Origin: an uncultured Phycisphaerales bacterium
GTDB lineage: Bacteria > Planctomycetota > Phycisphaerae > Phycisphaerales > SM1A02
DNA: 64,000 nucleotides
Direction: 5' to 3'
NCBI GenBank assembly: GCA_938084645.1
Contig: CALKEP010000001.1
Span: 1 to 64,000, forward strand
Part shown: positions 30,175 through 41,187 of the stretch, one piece after another
Layout: each line of letters begins with the position of its first letter
Numbering within the stretch: the first letter of the stretch is position 1
The notes under the pieces: generated by a model
What the model was told of the DNA's origin: nothing
The model's database searches: none
The model's input: the letters and a program-made list of their open reading frames with translations, nothing else
Made by a program: the position numbers and the translations under genes

Positions 30175-31437
30175 ATGACCGATCTCACTTCGACCGTCGT
30201 CGACATCCTCTCCAGCACCATGCTCGCCATGCAGGACGCGGCCGGAACCGCCGCGCCGGCCATGCAGGAGCCCGCCGCGGCCACCACGACGGCCGCGCCC
30301 GCGGGGCAAGTCCGCGAGCTCGGCGGTGACTTCTGGATGCCGCCCGCCGCCAGCACCCTCGCACCCGCCACCGACTTCGCGTTCCACGCGATCACGTGGC
30401 TCTCGTACGTCTTCTTCTTCGGAATCACCTTCGCCCTCATCTACCTCACCGTGAAGTTCCGCCAGAGGGGTACGGAAGTGAAGTACGACGCGGGCGCCCC
30501 TGTTCACAACACGCCGCTCGAGGTGGGTTGGACCGTGATTCCGCTGCTGCTGGTGATCGCGATCTTCTTCATGGGCTTCAAGGGATTCCTCGATCTCTCG
30601 ACGCCGCCGAAGGACGCCTACGAGATCAACGTGACCGCCGCCCAGTGGTCCTGGAGCTTCAAGTATCCGAACGGTGCGACCAGCAACGACCTCGTCGTTC
30701 CCGCGGGTCAGCCGGTCAAGCTGGTGATGCGGTCGAACGACGTGCTCCACAGTCTGTACATCCCCGACTTCCGCGTGAAGAAGGACGTCGTTCCGGGCCG
30801 CTATTCGTATCTCTGGTTCCAGGCCGACGAGCCCACCGGCATGGTCCCGGAGGATCAGTCCGCCGACACCGTGGTGGGCCACTACCTCTTCTGCACCGAG
30901 TACTGCGGCAAGGACCACTCCAACATGAACCGCAAGGTCTTCGTGCTCAACGAGACCGAGTTCAAGGAGTGGGAGGAGACGCAGGCCCGCTGGCTCGACG
31001 AGGTCCCCGACGAGGAGCTCTACTCCATCGCCGGTCCCAAGCTCTTCCTCCGATGCTCGAACTGCCACTCGATCGACGGCACCGCGGGCACCGGCCCCTC
31101 CTGGGGCGATCAGACCTCCGGCTCGATCGCCGGTCTCGGCACCCTCTGGGAGCGCGTCACTTCGGGCGTCTCGCCGATCGACGGCGGCACCCGTGACGAC
31201 GGCGGCAGCACGCTCGCCGACTACATCGGCCCCGGCAAGCTCTACGAGACCCCCGAGGACTACCTCCGTGAATCGATCTACAACCCGGGAGGGCTCCTGA
31301 TCTCCGGGTACGGACCGAACATGCCTCACTTCCGAGGCCAGTTGAGCGATCGCGCCGTCGACGCGCTCATCGGAATGATCAAGAACATCGACCAGTTCGA
31401 CGCCAAGGGCCGCTTCATCGGCAACGCACCGGACTGA
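30175..31437 (+). CDS. ctaC: Cytochrome c oxidase subunit II with fused cytochrome c (caa3 type)
   Basis: HNTPLEVGWT, QWSWSF, DVLHS, CuA motif CTEYCGKDHSNM and CSNCH...NMP. Confidence 0.93.
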   Translation: MTDLTSTVVDILSSTMLAMQDAAGTAAPAMQEPAAATTTAAPAGQVRELGGDFWMPPAASTLAPATDFAFHAITWLSYVFFFGITFALIYLTVKFRQRGTEVKYDAGAPVHNTPLEVGWTVIPLLLVIAIFFMGFKGFLDLSTPPKDAYEINVTAAQWSWSFKYPNGATSNDLVVPAGQPVKLVMRSNDVLHSLYIPDFRVKKDVVPGRYSYLWFQADEPTGMVPEDQSADTVVGHYLFCTEYCGKDHSNMNRKVFVLNETEFKEWEETQARWLDEVPDEELYSIAGPKLFLRCSNCHSIDGTAGTGPSWGDQTSGSIAGLGTLWERVTSGVSPIDGGTRDDGGSTLADYIGPGKLYETPEDYLRESIYNPGGLLISGYGPNMPHFRGQLSDRAVDALIGMIKNIDQFDAKGRFIGNAPD

Positions 31438-31584
31438 TCGATTCGCAGACCCGCCGGCCGGGGTGGCCGGCTCACATCCCAAAGGGTTCCTTCGACGTTC
31501 GCGGAACCCGATCCAGGCACCCCCCTCGATTTCCGAGGCAAGCACGCGATCGACCGATCGCCTCACTCGCAGCAGAGACTCGTC

Positions 31585-33288
<1,704 letters not shown>

Positions 33289-33375
33289 TTCCCATCGCGG
33301 CCGGATCGCGGTCGCTTCGCTCTTCGCCCCCTCCGGGGACCACCGGTCCCCATACGCCCCATCGGAGCCCACCGG

Positions 33376-34338
33376 ATGACTTCCATCCAGGCCAATCCCT
33401 CGGATCACGCCGACGACCACGATCATGACGATCACGGTCACGACCACGATCCGAACCTCGCCCACCATTTCGAGTCCATGGAACAGCAGATGGACTCGGG
33501 CAAGCTGGGCATGTGGCTGTTCCTCGCCACCGAGGTCCTGTTCTTCGGTGGTCTGTTCGCCGCCTATGCGGTGCTGCGAGCGCGGAACCCCGAGGTCTTC
33601 TCCTACGCGAGTCAATACCTCGACACGGTGATGGGCGGGATCAACACCTGCGTGCTGATCCTCTCGAGTCTGACCATGGCCCTCGCGGTCCGGTTCGCCC
33701 AGCAGGGGCGGAAGGGACTGCTCGTGCTCTGCCTCTGGCTCACCATGGGCGGGGCGGTCGGCTTCCTCGTGATCAAGTACTTCGAGTACTCCCACAAGAT
33801 CCACGACCATCTGGTCTGGGGCGGGACGTTCTACGAGCCGGTCGACGAGTCGCAGAAGCTCCTGCTCGCCACGCCCGAGGAAGCGCTCGACACCCCGCTG
33901 GTCGACGGCCCTCGCGAGGCGAACGCCGCCGAGGCACGGGGCATCGCCATGTCCCAGATCGTGAACATGCCCGAAGAGGCCGCCTCCAGCGTGAAGACCG
34001 CCGCCCTCGGGCCCGCGGGACTCTCCGCGGGACCGGCCGCCGCCGAGGCGGCGATCGAGGAGAAGGAGAGCGACGGGCATTCCGGCGCCGGCCACCTCGC
34101 CGATCCGGAGATGCCGGTCGGAACGCATCTCTTCTTCGGAATCTACTTCTGCATGACCGGCCTCCACGGCATCCACGTCGTCATCGGCATGGGCGTGATC
34201 GGCTGGTTGATCTGGCGATCGCAACGAGGGGACTTCGGTCCGAAGTACAACACTCCGGTCGACCTCGGTGGCCTCTACTGGCACATCGTCGACCTGATCT
34301 GGATCTTCCTGTTCCCGTTGTTCTATCTGATTCACTGA
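33376..34338 (+). CDS. ctaE: Cytochrome c oxidase subunit III with His-rich N-terminus and large loop insertion
   Basis: GMWLFLATE, TGLHGIHV and GLYWHIVDLIWIFLFPL. Confidence 0.93.
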   Translation: MTSIQANPSDHADDHDHDDHGHDHDPNLAHHFESMEQQMDSGKLGMWLFLATEVLFFGGLFAAYAVLRARNPEVFSYASQYLDTVMGGINTCVLILSSLTMALAVRFAQQGRKGLLVLCLWLTMGGAVGFLVIKYFEYSHKIHDHLVWGGTFYEPVDESQKLLLATPEEALDTPLVDGPREANAAEARGIAMSQIVNMPEEAASSVKTAALGPAGLSAGPAAAEAAIEEKESDGHSGAGHLADPEMPVGTHLFFGIYFCMTGLHGIHVVIGMGVIGWLIWRSQRGDFGPKYNTPVDLGGLYWHIVDLIWIFLFPLFYLIH

Positions 34339-34353
34339 ACCGGGCCCGGCCGG

Positions 34354-34398
34354 CGCGTTCCCGATCCACGCGTTTCCGTTCCACGCGTTTCCGATCCA
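34354..34398 (+). repeat. 15-bp tandem repeat x3 (CGCGTTYCCGWTCCA)
   Basis: CGCGTTCCCGATCCA / CGCGTTTCCGTTCCA / CGCGTTTCCGATCCA between the subunit III and IV genes. Confidence 0.85.
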
Positions 34399-34429
34399 CA
34401 AGTTCGAAGCACCCCGAGAGTTCAAAACC

Positions 34430-34855
34430 ATGGCGCACGACACCACCGCAGCCCACTCGACTCAGGAAGACCACGACGATCACGGCCTCGGCCACATCGT
34501 GAGCTACGGAACCCTCTTCGGCGTCGGCTTCGCGTTGCTGGTGATGACGGTCGTCACCGTCGCGGTCCGGTACGTCGATGCAGGCGAATTGAACATGCCG
34601 ATCGCCCTCGGCATCGCCGGCGTGAAGGCGACGCTGGTCGCGCTCTACTTCATGCATCTCCGCTGGGACCGGCCGTTCAACGCCCTGGTGCTCGTCGGTT
34701 CGATGGCGTTCGTGGTCCTCTTGATGATCTTCGTCCTGATGGACAGCGCCCAGTACGCCCCGCAGGTCTTCAAGGGCAACTCGCCCAAGGTCCAGGAAGT
34801 CCTCACCATCGACGCGCCGGGCGCACCGATCGCCGAGCAGTCCCAGCTTCCCTGA
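34430..34855 (+). CDS. Cytochrome c oxidase subunit IV family protein
   Basis: Three TM helices with IA.VKA.LV..YFMHL.WD motif. Confidence 0.9.
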   Translation: MAHDTTAAHSTQEDHDDHGLGHIVSYGTLFGVGFALLVMTVVTVAVRYVDAGELNMPIALGIAGVKATLVALYFMHLRWDRPFNALVLVGSMAFVVLLMIFVLMDSAQYAPQVFKGNSPKVQEVLTIDAPGAPIAEQSQLP

Positions 34856-34953
34856 TCGCCCCGGGGTGTCCCGGCGATCGCCTCGATGCGAGGGAGGCTC
34901 GCATCGGATACGGCGCGACGCGAGGCGTCGCGTCGTTCGATCCGGGTTGACCC

Positions 34954-35553
34954 ATGGCCAACATCGTCTCTCCATTCGAGGATCCGGAACGCCGGCTGTC
35001 CGCCGGTCGCTTCGGCATGCTGATCTTCATCGCCTCGCTGGCGATGATCTTCGCGGCGGCGATCCTCGGATTTCTCGTGGTCAGGCTCGAGGACGATGGG
35101 AGCTGGCCGCCGCCCGGGATGCCGGCGCTTCCCGGGTCGCTTCTTCTCAGCACCCTGATCCTGGTCGCCTCGAGCATCACGTTCCTCCGGGCGACGAACG
35201 ACCTTCGACGTGACGACGGGCCCGGTCTGATCCGGTGGCTGACCGCGACGCTGGTGCTCGCACTCGGTTTTCTCGCGGTGCAGACCTTCGCGTGGTGGGA
35301 TCTGGTGGGCCGTGGAATGGACTTCTCCCGCCACCTGTACGCGTGGACCTTCTACTTTCTCACCGGACTGCATGCGGTGCACGTGCTCGGTGGCGTGATT
35401 CCGCTGTGGATCGTGACGCAGCGGGTCCGCCGCGGTGATCGCTCGGCGTCGGTCCGACGCGGCGTGGTGTACACCGCCATGTACTGGCATTTCGTCGACG
35501 TCGCGTGGCTGGTGCTCTACCTCACGCTCGTCGCGGGAACGCTCGGTGGCTGA
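34954..35553 (+). CDS. Second cytochrome c oxidase subunit III-like protein
   Basis: GMLIFIASL.MIF, LTGLHAVHVLGG and YWHFVD..W. Confidence 0.88.
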   Translation: MANIVSPFEDPERRLSAGRFGMLIFIASLAMIFAAAILGFLVVRLEDDGSWPPPGMPALPGSLLLSTLILVASSITFLRATNDLRRDDGPGLIRWLTATLVLALGFLAVQTFAWWDLVGRGMDFSRHLYAWTFYFLTGLHAVHVLGGVIPLWIVTQRVRRGDRSASVRRGVVYTAMYWHFVDVAWLVLYLTLVAGTLGG

Positions 35554-35578
35554 TCCGATCCGGTGACGTGTCCCCTGC

Positions 35579-36985
35579 TCACGCGCCGACGCCGATGCCC
35601 CGTGGTGTCGACGGCGAGGACGTCCCGGGGAGGATCACTTCGAACCGCCTGACCGCCACCGCGAGCGATGCGGCCGCCGCGAGGAGCAGGGCGCCGTTCG
35701 CCTGATGGGCGGAGGTGGGGATCAGTTCCCACACCGGGATCTCGGGCGACTTCCGGAGGATCGTGGCGAGGAATGCGAGCAGCCCCAGGGTGAACTGGAG
35801 ACCGACGAGCAGGTTCACGGTCCGCCCCAGCGCGGGAACCACCGGAACCCCGAGATCACGGCGAGACTTCGCTCGAAGGCCCGCGACGAACGCGATGGTC
35901 ACGACGACCACCGAGAAACCGAGGTGGCCGTGCATGGCCCAGGCGGGGGGGTCCGGCGCGATTCCGCCGTCGACCGCGGGGGTGGCGAAGTGCCGGTAGC
36001 AGGCACCAAGGACGAGCTGGAGGACCAGGGCGACGACCAGGAGCGTCGAGAGCCCCCGGTCCTGCCCGCCGTTCGGCACCGCGATCGCCTCGATCGACGG
36101 ATCCCGCCAACGGCGGCTGCTCACCACGGCGAGCGTCGCGAACGCCGCGAAGGTGAGTTGGCCGAACACGCCGTGGGCGACCGCGAAGGTGGTGCTGGGG
36201 TCGACCTCGGTCTGGCTGGTGGTGAATTCACCGGTCACCCGAAGCCCGCCCATCAGTCCCTGGATGCAGACCATGATGAAGACGACGATCGAGAACATCC
36301 GGACCGAGGTCCGGCGGTCGTACCGGAACACCATCACCAGCAGGGTGATCGCGGTGACGCCGACCAGCATTCCGTAGAGCCGGTGGGCATGCTCGTAGAA
36401 GATCCCGCCCTTCATCTCGGAGAGCGGATAGAGCAGCATGTTGTGCCCGAAGGAGTTCGGCCAGTCCGGTACCGCCAGACCGGCCTCCATGCCGGTGACC
36501 AGCCCGCCGCTGACGATCAGCACGAACACGGTCGCGGCGGCGACGAGCGAGAAGAAGCTGGCCGGGGCGATCGTCATGGCCCGGTCCGGCTGGAAGCCGC
36601 GTCGTCCGACCATCGCGCCGAGTCCGCCGAGCACCCCGGAGGCCACGAACAGTCCGGCGACCCAGAGGAGTCCCGAAACGAGGATGGACCCGTCGTCGCC
36701 GCCGCCGAAGAGGCTGCCGATCACGAGCAGGTTCACGGCGGCACTCACCATGCCCGTCGCGACGCCCGCCCGGATCGTTCCGAGAAGCCGCCCCGCGGCG
36801 AATCCCCCGAGGGCCAGAACGAGCAGTTCCGCCGCGAACACCAGCTCGCCGAGGGCGAATCCGGGCTGCATGAAGGCGATGTACCCGAGTGCCCACATGA
36901 CCGTGGTCGTGGCGAAGCCGAGACCGACGATCAGTCCCCGGGCTTCCGAGGGCCCGGTCTGGAGCGATGGGGTCGTATGGGTCAT
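35579..36985 (-). CDS. ctaA: Haem A synthase (COX15/CtaA) with extra N-terminal TM region
   Basis: GGLVT...AGLAVPDWP, EHAHR.YG, QGLMGGLRV, HGVFGQ, HG.LG and HQANG. Confidence 0.88.
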   Translation of the reverse strand: MTHTTPSLQTGPSEARGLIVGLGFATTTVMWALGYIAFMQPGFALGELVFAAELLVLALGGFAAGRLLGTIRAGVATGMVSAAVNLLVIGSLFGGGDDGSILVSGLLWVAGLFVASGVLGGLGAMVGRRGFQPDRAMTIAPASFFSLVAAATVFVLIVSGGLVTGMEAGLAVPDWPNSFGHNMLLYPLSEMKGGIFYEHAHRLYGMLVGVTAITLLVMVFRYDRRTSVRMFSIVVFIMVCIQGLMGGLRVTGEFTTSQTEVDPSTTFAVAHGVFGQLTFAAFATLAVVSSRRWRDPSIEAIAVPNGGQDRGLSTLLVVALVLQLVLGACYRHFATPAVDGGIAPDPPAWAMHGHLGFSVVVVTIAFVAGLRAKSRRDLGVPVVPALGRTVNLLVGLQFTLGLLAFLATILRKSPEIPVWELIPTSAHQANGALLLAAAASLAVAVRRFEVILPGTSSPSTPRGIGVGA

Positions 36986-37149
36986 GCGTCGAGTTTCCTG
37001 CCGAAGGATGAGCGTGGTCGGGGGGCCGGACCCGGAGCGGATTCTAGGCCGTCGAGCCTCCTCGATCCGCCCCGAAGGACCGTGAAGTCGGCAACCTCGG
37101 GAGAATCCCCGAGCCCACGTCCGCGGGACTCGTAGAATCACCGCTCCTC

Positions 37150-38187
37150 ATGAATCAGGTCGACACCCCAGCTTCGTCCGAGCACCTCGAACCGACGGCC
37201 GAACCTCCGACCGGAATGCGGCGGATGGTGATGGATCTCACGAAGCTGCGGCTGAACGCGCTGGTCCTCCTGACCACCGCGGTGGGCTACGTGCTCGGCC
37301 GGGTGGGGATCGCGTCCTTCGACTGGGGACTGCTGGTCATGACGATGCTCGGCACCGGTCTCGCCGCCGCGAGCGCCGCGATCCTGAACCAGGCGCTCGA
37401 GCAGCGTCGCGATTCCAGGATGCATCGCACGCGGGAACGACCGGTCGCGAGCGGGCGTCTCTCGCCGGTGTTCGCCTTCGTGGTCGGGGTCGGGCTGGCC
37501 TATGCCGGCTTCGCGCTGCTCGCGGGCTGGGTCGGCATCACGCCCGCGGTCCTCGCGGTCTCGAACGTGATCGTCTACGCCTTCATCTACACGCCGCTCA
37601 AGCCGCTCACCACGACGAACACGCTCTTCGGCGCCGTATGCGGCGCGATCCCGCCCATGATCGGCTGGAGCGCGGCGACCGGGGGCCTGGAGGCGGGGGC
37701 GTGGGTCCTCGGAGGCATTCTCTTCGTCTGGCAGTTGCCACACTTCTTCGCCCTCGCATGGATGTATCGCGAGGACTACCGACGTGGGGGACACGCGATG
37801 CTTCCGGTGCTCGATCCCACGGGGCGGATCACCGGACAGGTCATGACCACCACCGCCGCGCTGCTGGTGCCGGTGGGGCTCACCGGCACGATGTTCGGCG
37901 TCGCCGGCTGGTTCTCCGCCGCGGCCGCGACGGTCTGCGGCTCGTGGTTCGCGTTGCGGTGTCTCCAGTTCTGGCGATCACCGAGCGACGAGGCGGCCCG
38001 GACCGCGTTCCTGACCAGTCTCGCCTATCTTCCGATCGTCCTCGGCGTGATGGTCGTCGATCGCGGGCCGGTGACGCCCGAATCCTGGATTCGAGGCGGT
38101 CGTCCGCCGCTCGCCGCGGAGTCGGAGGAGCCGCGGATGATGGCCCCCGAATCGAACGTCGACCCCTCAGCGGCGTCCGACCCATGA
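37150..38187 (+). CDS. ctaB: Protohaem IX farnesyltransferase (haem O synthase)
   Basis: LTKLR, NQ..E...D..M.RT..RP, YTPLK, GAIPP.IGW and WQLPHF.ALAW.YREDY. Confidence 0.95.
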   Translation: MNQVDTPASSEHLEPTAEPPTGMRRMVMDLTKLRLNALVLLTTAVGYVLGRVGIASFDWGLLVMTMLGTGLAAASAAILNQALEQRRDSRMHRTRERPVASGRLSPVFAFVVGVGLAYAGFALLAGWVGITPAVLAVSNVIVYAFIYTPLKPLTTTNTLFGAVCGAIPPMIGWSAATGGLEAGAWVLGGILFVWQLPHFFALAWMYREDYRRGGHAMLPVLDPTGRITGQVMTTTAALLVPVGLTGTMFGVAGWFSAAAATVCGSWFALRCLQFWRSPSDEAARTAFLTSLAYLPIVLGVMVVDRGPVTPESWIRGGRPPLAAESEEPRMMAPESNVDPSAASDP

Positions 38188-39326
38188 CCGTCGATTCCGA
38201 CCCGGAGCCTCCCACCTCGACGGGTGGATCCACCCTTCTTCCGATCGTGCTGGTGACGCTGCTCGGCCTCTCGGGTGCGGCTGCGGTCGCGACTTGGGGA
38301 CTCGTCGGCATGTTGTCGGGTGAATCACCGGTCGGGGACGGTCGGGATCCATCGAGCTACGGATTCGATCTCTCGAACGTCGCGACCGAGCCCGCGGCGA
38401 TCGTCGCCAGCGGCAATCCGCGCGACTTCCTGCCTCCTCTCGTCGAGCCCGCGGTGATCGTCGGCACCGAGGTCGCGGGTCTCAACGCGAGCAACAAGCG
38501 CAAGTGGCAGAAGGAAGTGGTCAGCGGCGACCGCGTGGTGGGGGTCCGGATCGGTGACGCGGTGCGGGCCTATCCCATGTTCATCCTCGACGCCCACGAG
38601 GTGGTGCTCGACGAGATCGGCGGCGTGCCGATCGTCCTCGCCCGCTCCCCGCTGGTCGACGAGGTCGGGGTGTACGAGCGCCGCATCGGTGGCAAGACGT
38701 CGGACTTCGGCGTGAGCGGTCTGCTCGACGATCTCTCGGTCCTGCTCTACGCCCCGGACAACGAAGGCACGCTGGTCTCCGGTCACGACGGGCGCGTCGT
38801 GGCGGGTCCTTGGATCGGCGAGCGACTCGTTCCGGTTCCGGAGGTCGTCGTCTCGACCTGGCAGGACTGGCTCGCCCGGCATCCGGGGACCGACGTGGCG
38901 TTGCGTGATCCGGATTCGTTGCAGCGGTACCGGCGCGTGTCCTACGACCGGTACCTCGATGGGGAGGAGTGGATCCTCCCACCGCGGCGGACGCCCTCGG
39001 GTGATCTCCCTTCGCGCCGACGCGTGCTTTCGGTGAGACCGGCCGGGACCGAGGAGGACTGGACGATCCTTCCGTTGGATGCGATCGATACGGCGACGGC
39101 GTCGGGCGGTCTCGACCTTTCAATCGGTCCGGGCACGCTTCGCCTCGCGCGGCCGGTGGGTGACCCGACGGATCGCGTCGACGTGGTGGGGGTCGAGGGA
39201 CTCGAACTCCGATTCGGCTTCTGGCAGGCGGCCTGGGTTCGCGATCCGCAGGCCGCGGAGGCCGGACTCGAGCGGGGACGTGCGGCCATCGACCGTGCCG
39301 CCGTGCAGGCGGAAGCAGGTTCCTGA
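38184..39326 (+). CDS. DUF3179-like membrane-anchored protein
   Basis: N-terminal TM helix, RVVGV......RAYP...L..HEVV.D, FGVSGLL and TW.DW...HPGT. ATGA overlap with ctaB. Confidence 0.7.
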   Translation: MTVDSDPEPPTSTGGSTLLPIVLVTLLGLSGAAAVATWGLVGMLSGESPVGDGRDPSSYGFDLSNVATEPAAIVASGNPRDFLPPLVEPAVIVGTEVAGLNASNKRKWQKEVVSGDRVVGVRIGDAVRAYPMFILDAHEVVLDEIGGVPIVLARSPLVDEVGVYERRIGGKTSDFGVSGLLDDLSVLLYAPDNEGTLVSGHDGRVVAGPWIGERLVPVPEVVVSTWQDWLARHPGTDVALRDPDSLQRYRRVSYDRYLDGEEWILPPRRTPSGDLPSRRRVLSVRPAGTEEDWTILPLDAIDTATASGGLDLSIGPGTLRLARPVGDPTDRVDVVGVEGLELRFGFWQAAWVRDPQAAEAGLERGRAAIDRAAVQAEAGS

Positions 39327-39358
39327 TCGACGTCGTGGCGGGTGTTCCCGCCGGTCGG

Positions 39359-40759
39359 TCATTCCATGCCGAACCGAGGCTTCAGGGCCTCCTCGAGCGC
39401 GAGGCAGGCGTAGATCGTCGCGAGTTCGGGGCGTGACTCCTCCCATCGATCCTCGTCGTTGAACCATCGGCCGTCGGGGCGCTGCCGTCGAGCGATCTCG
39501 GAGATCATCTCCGCCCGCCAGTCGTGCCTGGTGCCGTCGGCGTCGACGATCTCGTCGAGTCCCGACGCCCGCAACGCCCGGGCCATCGCGTGGAGGTAGT
39601 AGAAGACGCCCTGCTGCCCCACCCCGGGATTCTCCGAGAGCGTCCAGTGGTCACGGATCCACCCGAGCGCCGCCGCCACCCGCGGATCCTCGGGGCCGAG
39701 GCCGGCGAAGAGGAGGCTCTTGAATCCGGCGTAGGTCATCGAGCCGTAGCTGCGGAGGCTGCGGGCGACGCCGGCGGGCATCGTCTCGCCGTAGCGACCC
39801 TCGCCGGCCGCGGCGCTTCCGAACGACTCGCCGTCGTTGGCGGGGGTGTAGACGAAGCCACCATCGTCGGATCCGGCCTGCGCCCATGCGGCGGGATTCG
39901 TCGCCTTGAGATTCTGGGTTCGCGAGAGAAAGACCAGCGCCTTCTGCACGACGGGCTCGTCGGGGCTGACGCCCGCGTCGTAGAGGGCATCAAGCATCAT
40001 CTGGGTGTTCGAGAGATCGGGGCGGCCGCGATTTCCGTAGCCGGCGCCGCCGAACCAGTCCTGTCGACTCGACACGCCTTCGGTCTCGTCCCACTGGTTG
40101 CGCTGGAGGAAGAGGACCGCGTCGCCGAGGGTGCCCGCATCGCCCGGATCGGTGGTCGAGCCGTTGGCCGCGAGCCCCATCGCGATCGAACTCGCCACGT
40201 AGTTTCCGAGGCCCGCCGCGGCGAGTCCGTCGAAACCATGCGACTCGAGCGCCCGTCGCACGAATCGAAGGGCCTGCTCCCTCGGCTCGGGGCCCGGGGC
40301 GAGTTCCGGGGCCTGCGCGAACGCCTTGAGTCCGAGTCCGGTGACCGCGACCGCGGCGGCCGCTTCGCGGGGTGGCTGGTCGGTCGGCACCACGATCTCG
40401 CCTTCCATCCAGCCGCCGTTCCGGGACTGGTTGCGGGCGAGCCACGCGAGTCCGCGTCGGGTGCTTTCGGTGGCCGTGTTCCAGGCCGCGTCGTCGAGCC
40501 CGGTCTGTCCGCGATCGGTCGCGATCCGATGCACGGGCGGGGCGGGCAGCAGGACCGTCTTCGGAACCTCCGGAACGTCGAGTTCGGTGATCTTCGATGC
40601 GTCGATCCGTGGATCGAGCGTCGTTCCCGGTGGCGTGTCGCGCTCGATTCGGTCCTGGATCTCGACGGAAACAGGCTTCAATGGTCTCGCCGGGGGATCG
40701 TCCCGATGCATGGCCGGGGCGACGGTGGCGAGCAGAATGGCGATCGACGTGTGGATCAT
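39359..40759 (-). CDS. Prenyltransferase/squalene-cyclase-repeat (alpha6/alpha6 barrel) protein, probably exported
   Basis: QW-type repeats (WLARNQSRNGGW, FLQRNQW, DDGGFVY, QRPDGRW), DLSNTQ and YGSMT. Hydrophobic N-terminus. Confidence 0.8.
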   Translation of the reverse strand: MIHTSIAILLATVAPAMHRDDPPARPLKPVSVEIQDRIERDTPPGTTLDPRIDASKITELDVPEVPKTVLLPAPPVHRIATDRGQTGLDDAAWNTATESTRRGLAWLARNQSRNGGWMEGEIVVPTDQPPREAAAAVAVTGLGLKAFAQAPELAPGPEPREQALRFVRRALESHGFDGLAAAGLGNYVASSIAMGLAANGSTTDPGDAGTLGDAVLFLQRNQWDETEGVSSRQDWFGGAGYGNRGRPDLSNTQMMLDALYDAGVSPDEPVVQKALVFLSRTQNLKATNPAAWAQAGSDDGGFVYTPANDGESFGSAAAGEGRYGETMPAGVARSLRSYGSMTYAGFKSLLFAGLGPEDPRVAAALGWIRDHWTLSENPGVGQQGVFYYLHAMARALRASGLDEIVDADGTRHDWRAEMISEIARRQRPDGRWFNDEDRWEESRPELATIYACLALEEALKPRFGME

Positions 40760-40831
40760 TCGGACAGTCTAGACTCGCAGCACTCCAGCGATGAAAGGCG
40801 TCGCGGAATTCCAACGGTGGAGCGCAACCGC

Positions 40832-41167
40832 ATGAACGAACACGATCGTCCCGAGACCGAGCATTCCGGATCGACCCATGCCCCCGGCGGTTCGGGGTGG
40901 CTGGATGGCGTGATCGCGGGCTTCATGACCGAGGAAATCACGGATGCCGTCGATGCCTCGGTGAACCCGGGGTCGACCGCCGAGGAGGGTGCGTCGCCTC
41001 GAGCCTGGGTCGCCGAGGGGCGATCCCGGATCGACGACACGCTGGCCTTGCTTCTCGCGCCGATCATGCGGAAGGCGATGGAGGAGGCCTCCGCCGAGGT
41101 CGTGGCCCGCCTCGAACGCATCGAGTCCCGACTCGACGCGATCGAGCGATCGCTGTCCGATCACTGA
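40832..41167 (+). CDS. Hypothetical protein with C-terminal coiled coil
   Basis: GGAG RBS, plausible composition, heptad pattern RLERIESRLDAIERSL. Confidence 0.6.
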   Translation: MNEHDRPETEHSGSTHAPGGSGWLDGVIAGFMTEEITDAVDASVNPGSTAEEGASPRAWVAEGRSRIDDTLALLLAPIMRKAMEEASAEVVARLERIESRLDAIERSLSDH

Positions 41168-41187
41168 AGCCGGGCTGGCAGCGGCGG

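Noticed and set aside
34354..34398. CRISPR array
   Set aside because: Contiguous 15-bp units with no spacers and no cas genes.
39359..40759. Squalene-hopene cyclase (shc)
   Set aside because: Too short for the two-domain enzyme and lacks DxDD.
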